Positions 9,792 to 19,829 of a stretch of 64,000 nt of DNA are shown here, in pieces; within the stretch, counting starts at the first letter, position 1, and the number at the start of each line of letters is the position of its first letter. Source of the DNA: an uncultured bacterium (lineage in GTDB: Bacteria > UBP7 > UBA6624). The stretch spans positions 95,414 to 159,413 of the forward strand of contig CAXGSM010000001.1 in assembly GCA_964012435.1 (NCBI GenBank), in the 5' to 3' direction. Under the pieces are notes generated by a model. The model ran no database searches and was not told the DNA's origin. It worked only from the letters and a program-made list of their open reading frames with translations. Position numbers and translations under genes: made by a program.

Positions 9792-10148
9792 TTAGGGAAC
9801 AATAATTTTTCTTTCTCCACCCTCTTTCATGCCTTCCTCTATGCTTTTATTTACTTTTTGCATGAGCTTCTCAAAGTTCATTTGAGCAGCAATGAATTGT
9901 TGGTAGATTGGCTTAGCTTCAACTTTCATTTGAACAGCTTCCATTTTTTTCTTTAATTCTTCTGGGATTTCAGTACCCCTAGACCTCATTCCAACAGCTT
10001 GATCTTGAAGAGCTTGCATTTGCCCCAGCAAAGCTTTTAAGTCTTCATCTTTCGACAATGACTCCTGTGCTCTTCTAATACTTTTTGCTTCTTCAGATTG
10101 ACCCAAGTTTACACCTAGGTTTTTTGCTTTTTCAAAAATCATATCCAT
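9792..10148 (-). CDS. small helical protein, weakly YlbF/YmcA-like
   Basis: ...SEEAKSIRRAQESLSKDEDLKALLGQMQALQ... is all-helical and resembles YlbF family proteins. The ORF is open to 10190, which would overlap the divergent pgm start. ATG 10148 is preferred. Confidence 0.4.
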   Translation of the reverse strand: MDMIFEKAKNLGVNLGQSEEAKSIRRAQESLSKDEDLKALLGQMQALQDQAVGMRSRGTEIPEELKKKMEAVQMKVEAKPIYQQFIAAQMNFEKLMQKVNKSIEEGMKEGGERKIIVP

Positions 10149-10183
10149 AATTTGTTTATCATAATCTCTATTAGGATAAAAAC

Positions 10184-11590
10184 ATGTCAACTGATATTAG
10201 ATTTGGAACTGATGGATGGAGAGCTGAAATAGGTTTTGGCTTTAATGAGGATAATTTAAAAAGATTAATGCATTCAGTTGGCAAGAGAGTCAATGACATG
10301 GTTGACGGAAGGGCTCATGTTTGTGTTGGTTACGATACTCGTTTTCAGGCTAAAGAGTTTGCTTCAACTGCTGTTGAGTGTTTAATTTCAGAAGGATGCC
10401 ATGCTCTGCTGTCTCAAAATTTTTGCCCTACTCCTAGTCTGTCATTAGGGGTTATAAAAACTGAAGCAGATTTAGGTGTTCAGATTACAGCGAGTCATAA
10501 TCCACACACTTACCTGGGAGTTAAGCTAAAAGGCTCTAATGGAGGGCCCTTGAAGGCAGGCATAATTTCTCAAATAGAGTTAGAAATCGAGTCAGAGGTT
10601 TTTGAAAATCCAGAAAAAAGATTAAGGCCCCATGTTCCAAAAGACTTTAATCAGATATACAGAGAGACAATAGAAAATTTAATTGATTTTGATTTTTTAA
10701 AAAAAGATAAAAAAAACATTTATGTTGATTTTATGCATGGAGCTCAGATGGATTTATTTAAAAATATTTTTATAAATTCAGGCAACATGAATATTTTCTA
10801 TCTTAGAGATTCGCGAGATTCAACTTTTGGTAACATGACACCAGAGCCAATTCCATCAAATTTAAAAATATTATCAGATTCTGTTCTCTCTTCAAGAAAA
10901 GAGTCAATCGGTTTAGCTTTTGATGGTGATGGAGACCGGTTTGCTTTTTGCGATGAAAGAGGCGAAGTTTTGTGGCCGCAGGAAACATTTGCAATCATTG
11001 CTGACATCCTCATGCAGGAAGAAAAAGGCAATATAGCAAAAAGCCTTCCCACATCTGTTTGGTTAAACAGATTAGCGAAAAAGCATAAAGTTGATATTTA
11101 TGAAACTCCTGTTGGTTTCAAGTATCTTTCTGATTATCTTGATACAGGAAAAGCTTTAGTCGCTGGAGAGGAATCAGGAGGTGTTGGTTTTAGTTTTCAT
11201 ATACCTGAAAGAGATGGTCTTCTTGCCTCTTTAAAGATAATTGAATACCTAGCCAAGAGAAAGAAAACATTAAGGTCCTTAAGGAAGGATCTAAGAGCAA
11301 ATTATGGTGATTTTCATTATGAAAGAAAAGACATGAAGGTCAGTGATTCTGTTGTTGACAATGTAAAGAAAGACCCTGAACGATACCTCTCTAAACTCTC
11401 GAAAGAATTTGGTGTTTCAAAAAATAAAATAAATACTTCAGATGGTATTAAGTTAAATTTGAAGGATGATAACTGGGTCATGGCAAGGGCAAGCGGAACT
11501 GAGCCCGTCTTGAGGCTTTATTGCGAATCTGATAAAAAAGATAGCATGTCTTCGATTTTTTCAAGTTTAGAAAAAGTTTTATTTGAATAG
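10184..11590 (+). CDS. phosphoglucomutase/phosphomannomutase family protein
   Basis: 468 aa. FGTDGWRA, phosphoserine loop TASHNP, metal loop FDGDGDR and sugar loop GEESGG mark the alpha-D-phosphohexomutase family. Confidence 0.85.
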   Translation: MSTDIRFGTDGWRAEIGFGFNEDNLKRLMHSVGKRVNDMVDGRAHVCVGYDTRFQAKEFASTAVECLISEGCHALLSQNFCPTPSLSLGVIKTEADLGVQITASHNPHTYLGVKLKGSNGGPLKAGIISQIELEIESEVFENPEKRLRPHVPKDFNQIYRETIENLIDFDFLKKDKKNIYVDFMHGAQMDLFKNIFINSGNMNIFYLRDSRDSTFGNMTPEPIPSNLKILSDSVLSSRKESIGLAFDGDGDRFAFCDERGEVLWPQETFAIIADILMQEEKGNIAKSLPTSVWLNRLAKKHKVDIYETPVGFKYLSDYLDTGKALVAGEESGGVGFSFHIPERDGLLASLKIIEYLAKRKKTLRSLRKDLRANYGDFHYERKDMKVSDSVVDNVKKDPERYLSKLSKEFGVSKNKINTSDGIKLNLKDDNWVMARASGTEPVLRLYCESDKKDSMSSIFSSLEKVLFE

Positions 11591-12259
11591 CTTTGTTGCT
11601 TCTACTTCGTGCCATTTTTTAAAATTATCATTGATGCTTGAAAAGATCCAAAAAAGATTTTCTTTTGTGATTTTTATTATGTTAGAAGAGCTTTTAGGCA
11701 TGTAGTTATTCTCAAGACTGCTTAATTCAAGGTTTTTTTTCATTCTTGCAATAAAGTTTGAAGATGTCAGCCCCAAGCATTTTTTGGACATTGTTTTTAT
11801 TCTTTTTGATTCCTGGTCGTTGATGAAACTGTTTGAAAGAAAATAGCTTCCCTCGCTAAGGCGTTGAGGGCTGTCGGCTATGTTATTTGTGTAAAAAACG
11901 TGTTCCAGGTTTCCAAAAATTAAATTAAATCCCCCATATACGTTTTCCTTTGTTTCTTCTTTGAGAAAGCTTAAACAGCTCGTGATGTTTTTCTTTGCAA
12001 GAATTTCTAAAACTAATTTTCCTCTAGAATGAATTTTTGATTTGTTCGATTTCCTGTTTGTCACAAGGCAAAAAATTTTATTTTCATTTAGGCCAAGCCA
12101 GGTGCCACCTTTAAGATTATCTACGCCAGCTATTATTTTTGTATCCTTGTATGTAAAGAAACCAGGATCCTTAAAACTTCTTGAGACAAGCTCTTCTCTG
12201 TTGAATGCTATTGATATTGAGTCATCTAAGCTTTTTATGAATATTGCTGATATGCACAT
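11579..12259 (-). CDS. NRDE/TANGO2 (DUF833) family protein
   Basis: 226 aa starting MCI (Cys2). FNREE (an NRDE-motif variant) and GGTWLG blocks are typical of this family. Confidence 0.7.
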   Translation of the reverse strand: MCISAIFIKSLDDSISIAFNREELVSRSFKDPGFFTYKDTKIIAGVDNLKGGTWLGLNENKIFCLVTNRKSNKSKIHSRGKLVLEILAKKNITSCLSFLKEETKENVYGGFNLIFGNLEHVFYTNNIADSPQRLSEGSYFLSNSFINDQESKRIKTMSKKCLGLTSSNFIARMKKNLELSSLENNYMPKSSSNIIKITKENLFWIFSSINDNFKKWHEVEATKLFK

Positions 12260-12261
12260 TT

Positions 12262-13959
12262 TTACAGCTCATTCCAACCTGGGACACCTTCCTGAGAGAT
12301 ATTATTGATTTTTTTATTTATTTGATTAATTTTTTCTAGTCTGTCTTTTTTGGCTGACATTGAGATCACCCTTCTCTCTTCTTTTAGGTTTTTTAGAATT
12401 ATTGTCTTGATCACCTCTTCAACATCCTCTAAAGTTGCTTCTCTTTCGGATATTAGGGATTCTGCTATAAAAGATCTTTCCTCACCTTCGAACTGTTCCA
12501 TGATTGATTTTGGCTCTGCTGAGTTGGTTGTGTTCATGACGAAATATATGTTCTTTATTTTTTTGCTTTCAAATTCATTAATTTTGTATTTTTTAAAAAT
12601 TCCAGAGATTATTTTCCATTTTGTTGGATTTTTGAAAAGGTATCTAAAAAGCTCCTCTTCCTCTATAAGAAATTTATTTTTAGTTGTTTTTTGATTGTTT
12701 TCATTTTTGATGCTAGATGTTTCTAATTCTGTTGTTACGAGATGTTTCGGCAACATGAATTTTTGTGAGATTCTGTCTATTATTTGTTGTTTTGAAACTG
12801 ATTGATCCATATCTTTTATTAATGGTTTTATTTTTTCGATTGCTCGCTGTTTTGAGATTTCAGTTTTTAGGTTGTTTTCTTCTTGTATTATTTGGTTTAA
12901 GTAAAATTCCAATGCATCTTGTTTTGCTGCCGATTCCCATCCCTTTTTGCCCTCCTCTTTAAGCCACTCATCAGGATCTTTTTTTTCTGGAGGTATTACT
13001 ATGAGCGGTTCTATTCCAGCTTTCAGGAATCTACCAATTGCTTTACTTGCGGCAATTAGCCCTTTGTCGTCTCCATCCATGACAACTATGGCTTTGTCTT
13101 TAACTCGTTTTACCATATATGCATGATCTTCAGAAAATGCTGTTCCCATTGATGCAACAGCACCTTTTATTCCTTCTTTTTCAAACCTTAAGACATCAGA
13201 TTGACCTTCACACAATATCAGTGGCCCTTTGCTCTTTTTAGCATTGTCCCAGTTGTATAAAAGTTGACTTTTTTTAAATATTTCAGATTCCATTGAATTT
13301 TTATATTTTGCTATTTTTTTATTTTTGTCACTCAAAACCCTTGCAGAAAAGCCACGTATCCTGCCAATATTATCTCTTATTGGGAAGGATATTCTTCCAG
13401 CAAGTGGCTCCCAGTTGTTTTTTGCTTTTGAGATTAGTCCAATTTCCAAGAAGATCTCTCTTTCCAGATTTGTTTTCTTCAGAATGTAACTTTTTAGCAA
13501 TTGACCTTGTGGCGGAAAGACTCCAATTCCATATTCTTTGCACCATTGTTGATCAAAACCTCTTTCATTCATGTATTTCCTAAATGGTTTTCCATAATCT
13601 GATTCTTGAAATATTTTCACCAACCAACTATTTAAGTTTTCCAGAATTTCAAAATATGGTTTTTTTGACTTTTCTCTTCTTCCTGTTAGTTGAATATTAT
13701 GCTTGTCAGCTAGATAATGCAAAGCTTCACTAAAGTCAAGATTTAGCTTTTCTTGTACAAATTTAAATATATCACCAGAAGCGCCACATGCAAAACAGTT
13801 ATACAAGCCTTTATCTTCACTTACTGATAAGGACGGGTTTTTGTCATTGTGAAATGGACATAAGCCAGTCCAGCTAGAGCCTGTTTTTTTTAACTTGGTA
13901 TATTCACTTATTGTGTCAACAATAGAAACTTCATTACGAATTTTTTCTACATCGTCCAT
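12262..13959 (-). CDS. dnaG: DNA primase
   Basis: 565 aa. CHC2 zinc finger CPFHNDKNPSLSV...YNCFACGASGD. TOPRIM blocks LCEGQSDV and VMDGDDKG. Confidence 0.9.
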   Translation of the reverse strand: MDDVEKIRNEVSIVDTISEYTKLKKTGSSWTGLCPFHNDKNPSLSVSEDKGLYNCFACGASGDIFKFVQEKLNLDFSEALHYLADKHNIQLTGRREKSKKPYFEILENLNSWLVKIFQESDYGKPFRKYMNERGFDQQWCKEYGIGVFPPQGQLLKSYILKKTNLEREIFLEIGLISKAKNNWEPLAGRISFPIRDNIGRIRGFSARVLSDKNKKIAKYKNSMESEIFKKSQLLYNWDNAKKSKGPLILCEGQSDVLRFEKEGIKGAVASMGTAFSEDHAYMVKRVKDKAIVVMDGDDKGLIAASKAIGRFLKAGIEPLIVIPPEKKDPDEWLKEEGKKGWESAAKQDALEFYLNQIIQEENNLKTEISKQRAIEKIKPLIKDMDQSVSKQQIIDRISQKFMLPKHLVTTELETSSIKNENNQKTTKNKFLIEEEELFRYLFKNPTKWKIISGIFKKYKINEFESKKIKNIYFVMNTTNSAEPKSIMEQFEGEERSFIAESLISEREATLEDVEEVIKTIILKNLKEERRVISMSAKKDRLEKINQINKKINNISQEGVPGWNEL

Positions 13960-15284
13960 TAAAAAGTTATATTACCACTATTTCTATTAAGCTCTTCCCC
14001 TTCTAAAAATTCAAGATTTGTTTTGTGGCTGTTTATGCCGTTTAGCATCACCTCTAAGCTTTCAACTGGATCCAAGGAAGAAAGCATTCTTCTTAATTTC
14101 CATATCTTCCTTAATTCTTCATCTTGGTAAAGCAGCTCTTCATGCCTTGTTGATGATCTATTGATGTCAACAGCTGGATAAAGTCTTCTATTTGCTAGTC
14201 CTCTATCGAGATGAACTTCAAGATTCCCTGTGCCTTTGAATTCTTCATATATTATGTCGTCAAGCTTAGATCCAGTATCAACCAAAGCTGTTGCAATGAT
14301 TGTTAAAGATCCTCCGTGCTCTATATTCCTCGCAGAGCCAAAAAATCTTTTTGGCTTGTAGAGACTTGCAGGATCCAAACCTCCTGATAGGGTCCTTCCA
14401 CTTGAGTTAACTGTTAAGTTATACGCTCTTGCTAATCTTGTTATCGAGTCTAAGAGTATTACAACATCTTTGTCCTGCTCGGCAAGGCTTTTGGCATGCT
14501 CTATAACAAGTTCAGCAACATGAGTATGATTCTCAGGTCTTTCGTCAAATGTGCTTGATATTACTTCACCGTCTATGGATCTCTCAAAATCTGTAACTTC
14601 CTCCGGTCTTTCGTCAATCAGTAGTGCAAAAAGCTTCACATTCGGATGGTTTTGAGATATCGAATCAGCTATATCTTTAAGTATTGTTGTTTTTCCAGCT
14701 TTTGGAGGTGACACGATCAAAGCCCTTTGACCCAAGCCTATAGGTGCAATAATGTCAATGATTCTGGCTGTGGTTTTTAAAGGGGTTGTTTCAAGTCGAA
14801 TCCTTTCGTTCGGATATATAGGTGTCAGCTTTTCAAATGTTTTTCTATTTTTGATATATTGATATGGTGATTTTGATCCATTAATAGAAAGTATGTCAAT
14901 TGCTGCAGAGTGTTTTTCTTTTTTTGCTCTTCTTGGAGGCGTTATTTTCGCTTCTACAATATCACCTGTTTTTAGTTTGAATTTATTTTTTATTAACTGA
15001 GGAATAAATACGTCTTCTGAACTTTGGTTCCATTTGTTTACTCTTATAAAACCATGTCTATCTGTTAGGTCAACAATCCCAATTTTGTTTTTCAAAGGTT
15101 CGATTCTTCTTTCTTCCTTTTTGGTTTTTTCTTGTTTTTTTTCTGTCATTTTTACCGTTATCACTTTGATTAATTCAGGCTTGGTAGCTTTTTTGTCATA
15201 CTCTATATTTTTAGATTCAGCAATTGCTTTTAATTCTGCAACCTTCATTAATTCAAGTTTTTCTTTGTTTAGATTATTTTCCAT
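13959..15284 (-). CDS. rho: transcription termination factor Rho
   Basis: 441 aa. Lys-rich N-terminus, cold-shock-like RNA-binding region, Walker A PPKAGKTT, typical Rho C-terminal ATPase blocks. 1-nt overlap with the dnaG start. Confidence 0.95.
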   Translation of the reverse strand: MENNLNKEKLELMKVAELKAIAESKNIEYDKKATKPELIKVITVKMTEKKQEKTKKEERRIEPLKNKIGIVDLTDRHGFIRVNKWNQSSEDVFIPQLIKNKFKLKTGDIVEAKITPPRRAKKEKHSAAIDILSINGSKSPYQYIKNRKTFEKLTPIYPNERIRLETTPLKTTARIIDIIAPIGLGQRALIVSPPKAGKTTILKDIADSISQNHPNVKLFALLIDERPEEVTDFERSIDGEVISSTFDERPENHTHVAELVIEHAKSLAEQDKDVVILLDSITRLARAYNLTVNSSGRTLSGGLDPASLYKPKRFFGSARNIEHGGSLTIIATALVDTGSKLDDIIYEEFKGTGNLEVHLDRGLANRRLYPAVDINRSSTRHEELLYQDEELRKIWKLRRMLSSLDPVESLEVMLNGINSHKTNLEFLEGEELNRNSGNITF

Positions 15285-15285
15285 A

Positions 15286-15813
15286 TTATTTCCTCACTTT
15301 TTGTAGATGTCTTATCTCTTTTAGATTTCTAAATTTTTGATTAATGTCAAGGCCATATCCAACCAGATAATTATTCTTTATCTGAAAGCCTTGATAATCA
15401 ATTTTTATATTTTCTTTTTCTACGCTAGACCTTTTAAGCAAACAGGCAATTTTTACCGAAGCTGGACCTCTTGCGAGTAGCATTTTTTTTAAATAGCTTA
15501 ATGTCAAGCCTGTGTTTGTTATGTTCTCCAAGAGAATTACATGTTTTCCCTCTATGGAGATGTCGATATCTTTTTTTATTTGAACTTGGCCGGTGGAGCT
15601 TTTGCCTTCAAATTCTGAAATTGACAAAAAATCCATTTCACAATCAGGCTTGATGTTTTTCATAAGGTCGGAAGCGAACATAAAACTCCCTTTCAATATT
15701 GATATAAAACATATGCTTTTGTTAGCATAATCGTTGTTTATTTCTTGAGCAATATCCTTGATTCTTGCCAGTATCTCATTTTCAGAGAAGAGAACTTCGC
15801 CAATGTTATTCAT
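15286..15813 (-). CDS. hpt: hypoxanthine phosphoribosyltransferase
   Basis: 175 aa. PRPP-binding loop HVILLENITNTGLTL and a 6-oxopurine PRTase layout. Confidence 0.85.
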   Translation of the reverse strand: MNNIGEVLFSENEILARIKDIAQEINNDYANKSICFISILKGSFMFASDLMKNIKPDCEMDFLSISEFEGKSSTGQVQIKKDIDISIEGKHVILLENITNTGLTLSYLKKMLLARGPASVKIACLLKRSSVEKENIKIDYQGFQIKNNYLVGYGLDINQKFRNLKEIRHLQKVRK

Positions 15814-15938
15814 GATTTTTTTTATGTGTTAAAGGTGGTAAATGCGGTATTTATTTTTTTTGATGCATTCATATTCTACATATAAAAAGCTTTATAGTGT
15901 TTTTGTCTTTGTTCTTTGAGTTTTTTAAGGAAGGCAGT

Positions 15939-17498
15939 CTATTCCCATTCAATAGTTGATGGTGGTTTTGTTGACACATCATACACGCAACGATTTATTC
16001 CGTTCACCTCATTCATTATCCTGCTTGACATTTTTCTTATAAGGCTCCATGGGAGCTCTGGAAAGTCACATGTCATGCCATCAACACTTGTTACTGCTCT
16101 TATCGCACATAAATGTTCATAAGTTCTGCCATCACCCATTACCCCTACTGTTTTCAGGTCCGTAAGAACTGCAAAGTATTGCCAAACTTCTTCTTCAAGT
16201 ATTGTGCCTTCTATTTCTTTTCTTACTATTTCGTCAGCTTCCTGCAGAATCTTTAATTTTTCATCAGTTATTTCACCGATAATCCTTATCGCAAGGCCAG
16301 GACCAGGAAAAGGTTGTCTGTATGCCATTTCTTCTGGTATCCCTATCTCGATAGCAACCTTTCTGACTTCATCTTTGAAAAAATACCTCAAAGGTTCAAC
16401 CAATTTAAACTTCATGTCTTCAGGAAGTCCGCCAACATTGTGATGAGTCTTTATTGTTGAGCTAGGCCCCCCTTTGGGGTGAGAGGATTCGATTACATCA
16501 GGGTAAAGTGTTCCTTGTGCAAGGTACTTTATATCTTGTCTTTCTTTTGAGAAATTTTCAAAAACTCTTATGAAGGATTCTCCAATTATTTTTCTTTTTT
16601 TCTCTGGATCCGTTATCCCCTTTAGCTTTGACAGAAACAGTTCTGACGCGTCAATTACATTTAATTCAATATTGAAGAACTTAAATGCGTTTTCAACCTC
16701 TTCTCTTTCGCTTTTTCTGAGCAAGCCATGATCTATAAAAACACATGTAAGATTGTCTCCAATCGCTTTATGTATTAGTACTGCTGTCGTTACGCTGTCT
16801 ACACCACCAGAAAGAGCACATAAAACTTTTTCATTTTTAACTTCTTTTTTAATATTTCTAATTGACATTTTGCTTATTGACTCAGGGGTCCATGTTTGAC
16901 TGCAGCCTGCCACTTCTGAGGTGAAATTTTCAAGCAGGTCCTTTCCCCAAACTGTATGTGTCACCTCTGCATGAAATTGAATTCCATAAAGCTTTTTCTT
17001 TTTATTTTCAAAGGATGCAACAGGTATATTTTTTGATCTTGCTAACGTCTCAAAACCTTCAGGAAGCCCTTTTACAAGGTCCTTGTGGCTCATCCAGCAT
17101 ACAAGATCTTCTTGAAGGCCTTTGAAAAGATTGCTTTCTTTCGTGATGTTGATCTGAGTGCTTCCATATTCACTTTTGTCTCCAGGCTCAACAATTCCAC
17201 CCATTTCCTTTGCCATAAGTTGCATTCCATAACATATTCCAAGCATAGGTATTCCTAAATTCCAAATTTCTTTATCAATGTTGGGGGAATTCTTTTCGTG
17301 AACAGATTCTGGACCTCCTGAAAGTATTATTGCCTTAGGAGATCTTTCAATAATCTCTTTTGCAGAAATGCTATGTGGCTTTATTTCACAATATATATTT
17401 TGTTCTCTTATTCTCCTTGCTATCAGCCTTGCGTATTGAGCTCCAAAGTCAATAATGATAACCAGATCGTCTATTGGTTTTTTAGCCTGGTTTTTCAT
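15939..17498 (-). CDS. guaA: glutamine-hydrolysing GMP synthase
   Basis: 519 aa. GATase-1 domain (GICYGMQ), ATP-PPase P-loop SGGVDS, C-terminal ...PPSTIEWE. Confidence 0.95.
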   Translation of the reverse strand: MKNQAKKPIDDLVIIIDFGAQYARLIARRIREQNIYCEIKPHSISAKEIIERSPKAIILSGGPESVHEKNSPNIDKEIWNLGIPMLGICYGMQLMAKEMGGIVEPGDKSEYGSTQINITKESNLFKGLQEDLVCWMSHKDLVKGLPEGFETLARSKNIPVASFENKKKKLYGIQFHAEVTHTVWGKDLLENFTSEVAGCSQTWTPESISKMSIRNIKKEVKNEKVLCALSGGVDSVTTAVLIHKAIGDNLTCVFIDHGLLRKSEREEVENAFKFFNIELNVIDASELFLSKLKGITDPEKKRKIIGESFIRVFENFSKERQDIKYLAQGTLYPDVIESSHPKGGPSSTIKTHHNVGGLPEDMKFKLVEPLRYFFKDEVRKVAIEIGIPEEMAYRQPFPGPGLAIRIIGEITDEKLKILQEADEIVRKEIEGTILEEEVWQYFAVLTDLKTVGVMGDGRTYEHLCAIRAVTSVDGMTCDFPELPWSLIRKMSSRIMNEVNGINRCVYDVSTKPPSTIEWE

Positions 17499-18652
17499 TT
17501 AGCCTGGCCAACACCATCTACAAATTGATAATGTTTGCCTTCATCTTTTAATGATGGGCAGTGAACCACAGTTGCTTTTTGCATCTCTTGAATGTTCATG
17601 GCTCCCACCATACCCATAGAGTTTTTTAAGCCTCCTACCAGATTTAATGTGCCATCATCTCTATCACTCGGGCCAAAAAATAATTTTTCAAGTTCAACCA
17701 TGTTTTTTACAGAAACTCTTGTCCCTCTTGGTAAATTAGGGTCTTGTGTCGCCATTCCCCAATGATATCCTTCTCCAGGGGTTTCTTTTAAGCCGCTAAA
17801 GCAGCTTCCCAGCATTACTGCATCTGCACCAGAAGCAATAGCTTTTGATATTTCTCCCCCTTTCCTCATGCCTCCATCAGTAATTATGGATACATATTTT
17901 CCTGTTTTTTCAAAATGAACATCTCTTGCCTTGCAGCAGGACATTGTTGCTGTAACTTGTCCAACCCCTACGCCAGTCACAGCTCTTGTAGTGCATGCTG
18001 CTCCAGGACCAATACCAACCAATATTCCAGCAGGCCCTGTTTGCATAAGCTCATAGGCTACATCCTGGGTTACACAATTTCCTAAAACAACAGGAATTTC
18101 TATTCTCTCTATAAAGTCTTTAATGTTCAAAGATATTTTGCCCCTATGGCGAGAACTTATTACTGTTGCTTGTATGAAAATGATATCAGCACCTGCATCT
18201 CTGGCCAAGAATCCCAGCCTTTCTGCATTTGCTGGTGTTACGCTAACAGCTGCGTCAATTCCTCTATTTTTTAATTCTTGCACCCTTAGCGACACGAGCT
18301 CTTCCTTTATTGGTTCAGCGTAAAATTTTTGAATCACCTTTATAGCTTCTTGCGAGTTGCATGAGGTTATTTCATTAAAGGCTTCAGTTGGATTTTCGTA
18401 TTTTGTTTGCAGTCCTTCAAGGTTTAAAACCCCCATTGATCCAACTTCAGATAATCTTGAAGCAAAATTAACATCAACAGCTGAGTCCATGGCGCTTGCA
18501 ATTATTGGAATTTTTAATTTTGATTTCCCAAATTTTACAGAGGTGTCAACATCTTTTGGGTCTAGAGTGCTTACCCCTGGGAGTATCGAAACATCATCAA
18601 AACCATAAGTTGATTGAAGTTGTGGTAAGAAGCTTTCCTTTAAGTTTTCCAT
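17495..18652 (-). CDS. guaB3: IMP dehydrogenase family protein, GuaB3 type (no CBS/Bateman pair)
   Basis: 385 aa. IMPDH barrel with the catalytic-Cys loop GIGPGAACTTR and the GVLNLEGL block typical of GuaB3-type proteins. No CBS insertion. Its stop overlaps the guaA ATG (ATGA). Confidence 0.8.
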   Translation of the reverse strand: MENLKESFLPQLQSTYGFDDVSILPGVSTLDPKDVDTSVKFGKSKLKIPIIASAMDSAVDVNFASRLSEVGSMGVLNLEGLQTKYENPTEAFNEITSCNSQEAIKVIQKFYAEPIKEELVSLRVQELKNRGIDAAVSVTPANAERLGFLARDAGADIIFIQATVISSRHRGKISLNIKDFIERIEIPVVLGNCVTQDVAYELMQTGPAGILVGIGPGAACTTRAVTGVGVGQVTATMSCCKARDVHFEKTGKYVSIITDGGMRKGGEISKAIASGADAVMLGSCFSGLKETPGEGYHWGMATQDPNLPRGTRVSVKNMVELEKLFFGPSDRDDGTLNLVGGLKNSMGMVGAMNIQEMQKATVVHCPSLKDEGKHYQFVDGVGQAK

Positions 18653-18671
18653 ATTTATAAAAATCCGAGAC

Positions 18672-18699
18672 GCACTTGCTCTTGTTTTTGGGCAAGTGC
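18672..18699 (-). promoter_or_regulatory. 8-bp stem hairpin in the 73-nt spacer upstream of guaB3
   Basis: GCACTTGC (18672-18679) pairs with GCAAGTGC (18692-18699) around a 12-nt loop. On the minus strand it follows a TATAAT-like box and precedes the guaB3 ATG. It could be a weak terminator or a leader structure. Confidence 0.25.
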
Positions 18700-18725
18700 T
18701 ATGATTTTCTAGATTATATATTGAT

Positions 18726-19802
18726 TTAGTTTAAATCCAAAATAAATATATCCCAATTCCAGTGTTGTTCGTGACTGGTTGCAATTATTGCAATTTTTTT
18801 TCTATCAGGACTGATTTTAATGTTTTTGAGCTTATCCATTTTTGCTATAGTTTCAAAATTTTGATTTTCAATATTCCATTTTGTAAGATGTATTTGATTT
18901 GTTTGTACATTGATTGATGAGTTGATCCAGTTTTGTTCATCTAGCGCCCATTGGTATACCTGCATGAAGTGACCTTCTTCAGCCTCAAAGCATGCTGTTT
19001 CAATTTCAGCAGAGGGTTTAATGCTGCAGAATTTTTGACTTGCTTGACTGTTTTCTTTTGGATTCATTCTCCATCCAATATTCATTCCACCATATACTCC
19101 AATGGTGTAAATTTTTGTCCATGGAAGCAGTGTGACTGCTGCCTTACCGTGTTTAATTATTTTTAATTGACTCTCATTAATTTTTGTTTCTAGCACAATT
19201 AAATTTGAATGTTTATCATTGGCAAAGTCTACAATTTTTACGCCTTCTTTTGCTGAGTATATGGTTTCTGTAATTTTTCCTGTTGTTTTTTTGATTGCGT
19301 TGCTTTCTAGATAGTAGATGGATTTTTTAGATGATTTTACTGGTTGTATTTTGTTTTTAAGTAGATAAGTTTCATTGTCAACCCAACCTCTAATCCAAAG
19401 TTTTTTATCTTCTGTCCATGCGATTTCTTTGGCTGTAATTTTGTTTTGAGATTCTGCAATAATTTTTTCTTGCCCTATCTCTCCATACCATACAAGGCTT
19501 GAGCCCGGCATTTTTTCATCTATCCAAAGTATTTTGTTATCGTTTGTTGAAAGTATTTCGCCAATTGATTTTTTAGAAAAAGAAATGCCGTTTTTGTTTA
19601 TGTCGACATGTTTAATCATTTTTTCAAACGGAGGAAAAGAGTTTTCTTCTAGGAATATAAAATTTTCATTATCGAGCCAATTTAAATTTTCAACATCTAA
19701 ACCTTGCCCCCATGGTCCGGCTATTTCATATTTGCTTTCTATCTTGCTTGATTGAAAGGCAGTTGTGAACATTAAAAACAGAATGTAAATTTCTTTTTTC
19801 AT
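18726..19802 (-). CDS. secreted hypothetical protein, possibly PD40/TolB-like beta-propeller
   Basis: 358 aa with an N-terminal signal peptide. The C-terminal ISPDRKKIAIIATS...DIFILD resembles a PD40 blade. Otherwise unassigned. Confidence 0.4.
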   Translation of the reverse strand: MKKEIYILFLMFTTAFQSSKIESKYEIAGPWGQGLDVENLNWLDNENFIFLEENSFPPFEKMIKHVDINKNGISFSKKSIGEILSTNDNKILWIDEKMPGSSLVWYGEIGQEKIIAESQNKITAKEIAWTEDKKLWIRGWVDNETYLLKNKIQPVKSSKKSIYYLESNAIKKTTGKITETIYSAKEGVKIVDFANDKHSNLIVLETKINESQLKIIKHGKAAVTLLPWTKIYTIGVYGGMNIGWRMNPKENSQASQKFCSIKPSAEIETACFEAEEGHFMQVYQWALDEQNWINSSINVQTNQIHLTKWNIENQNFETIAKMDKLKNIKISPDRKKIAIIATSHEQHWNWDIFILDLN

Positions 19803-19829
19803 ATGATAGATATGATACTATTATCAGCC

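Noticed and set aside
15814-15938. A possible purine riboswitch in the 125-nt spacer between guaA and hpt.
   Set aside because: Neither strand shows the conserved purine-riboswitch core or a three-way junction. The spacer is almost pure A/T and is more plausibly a promoter region.
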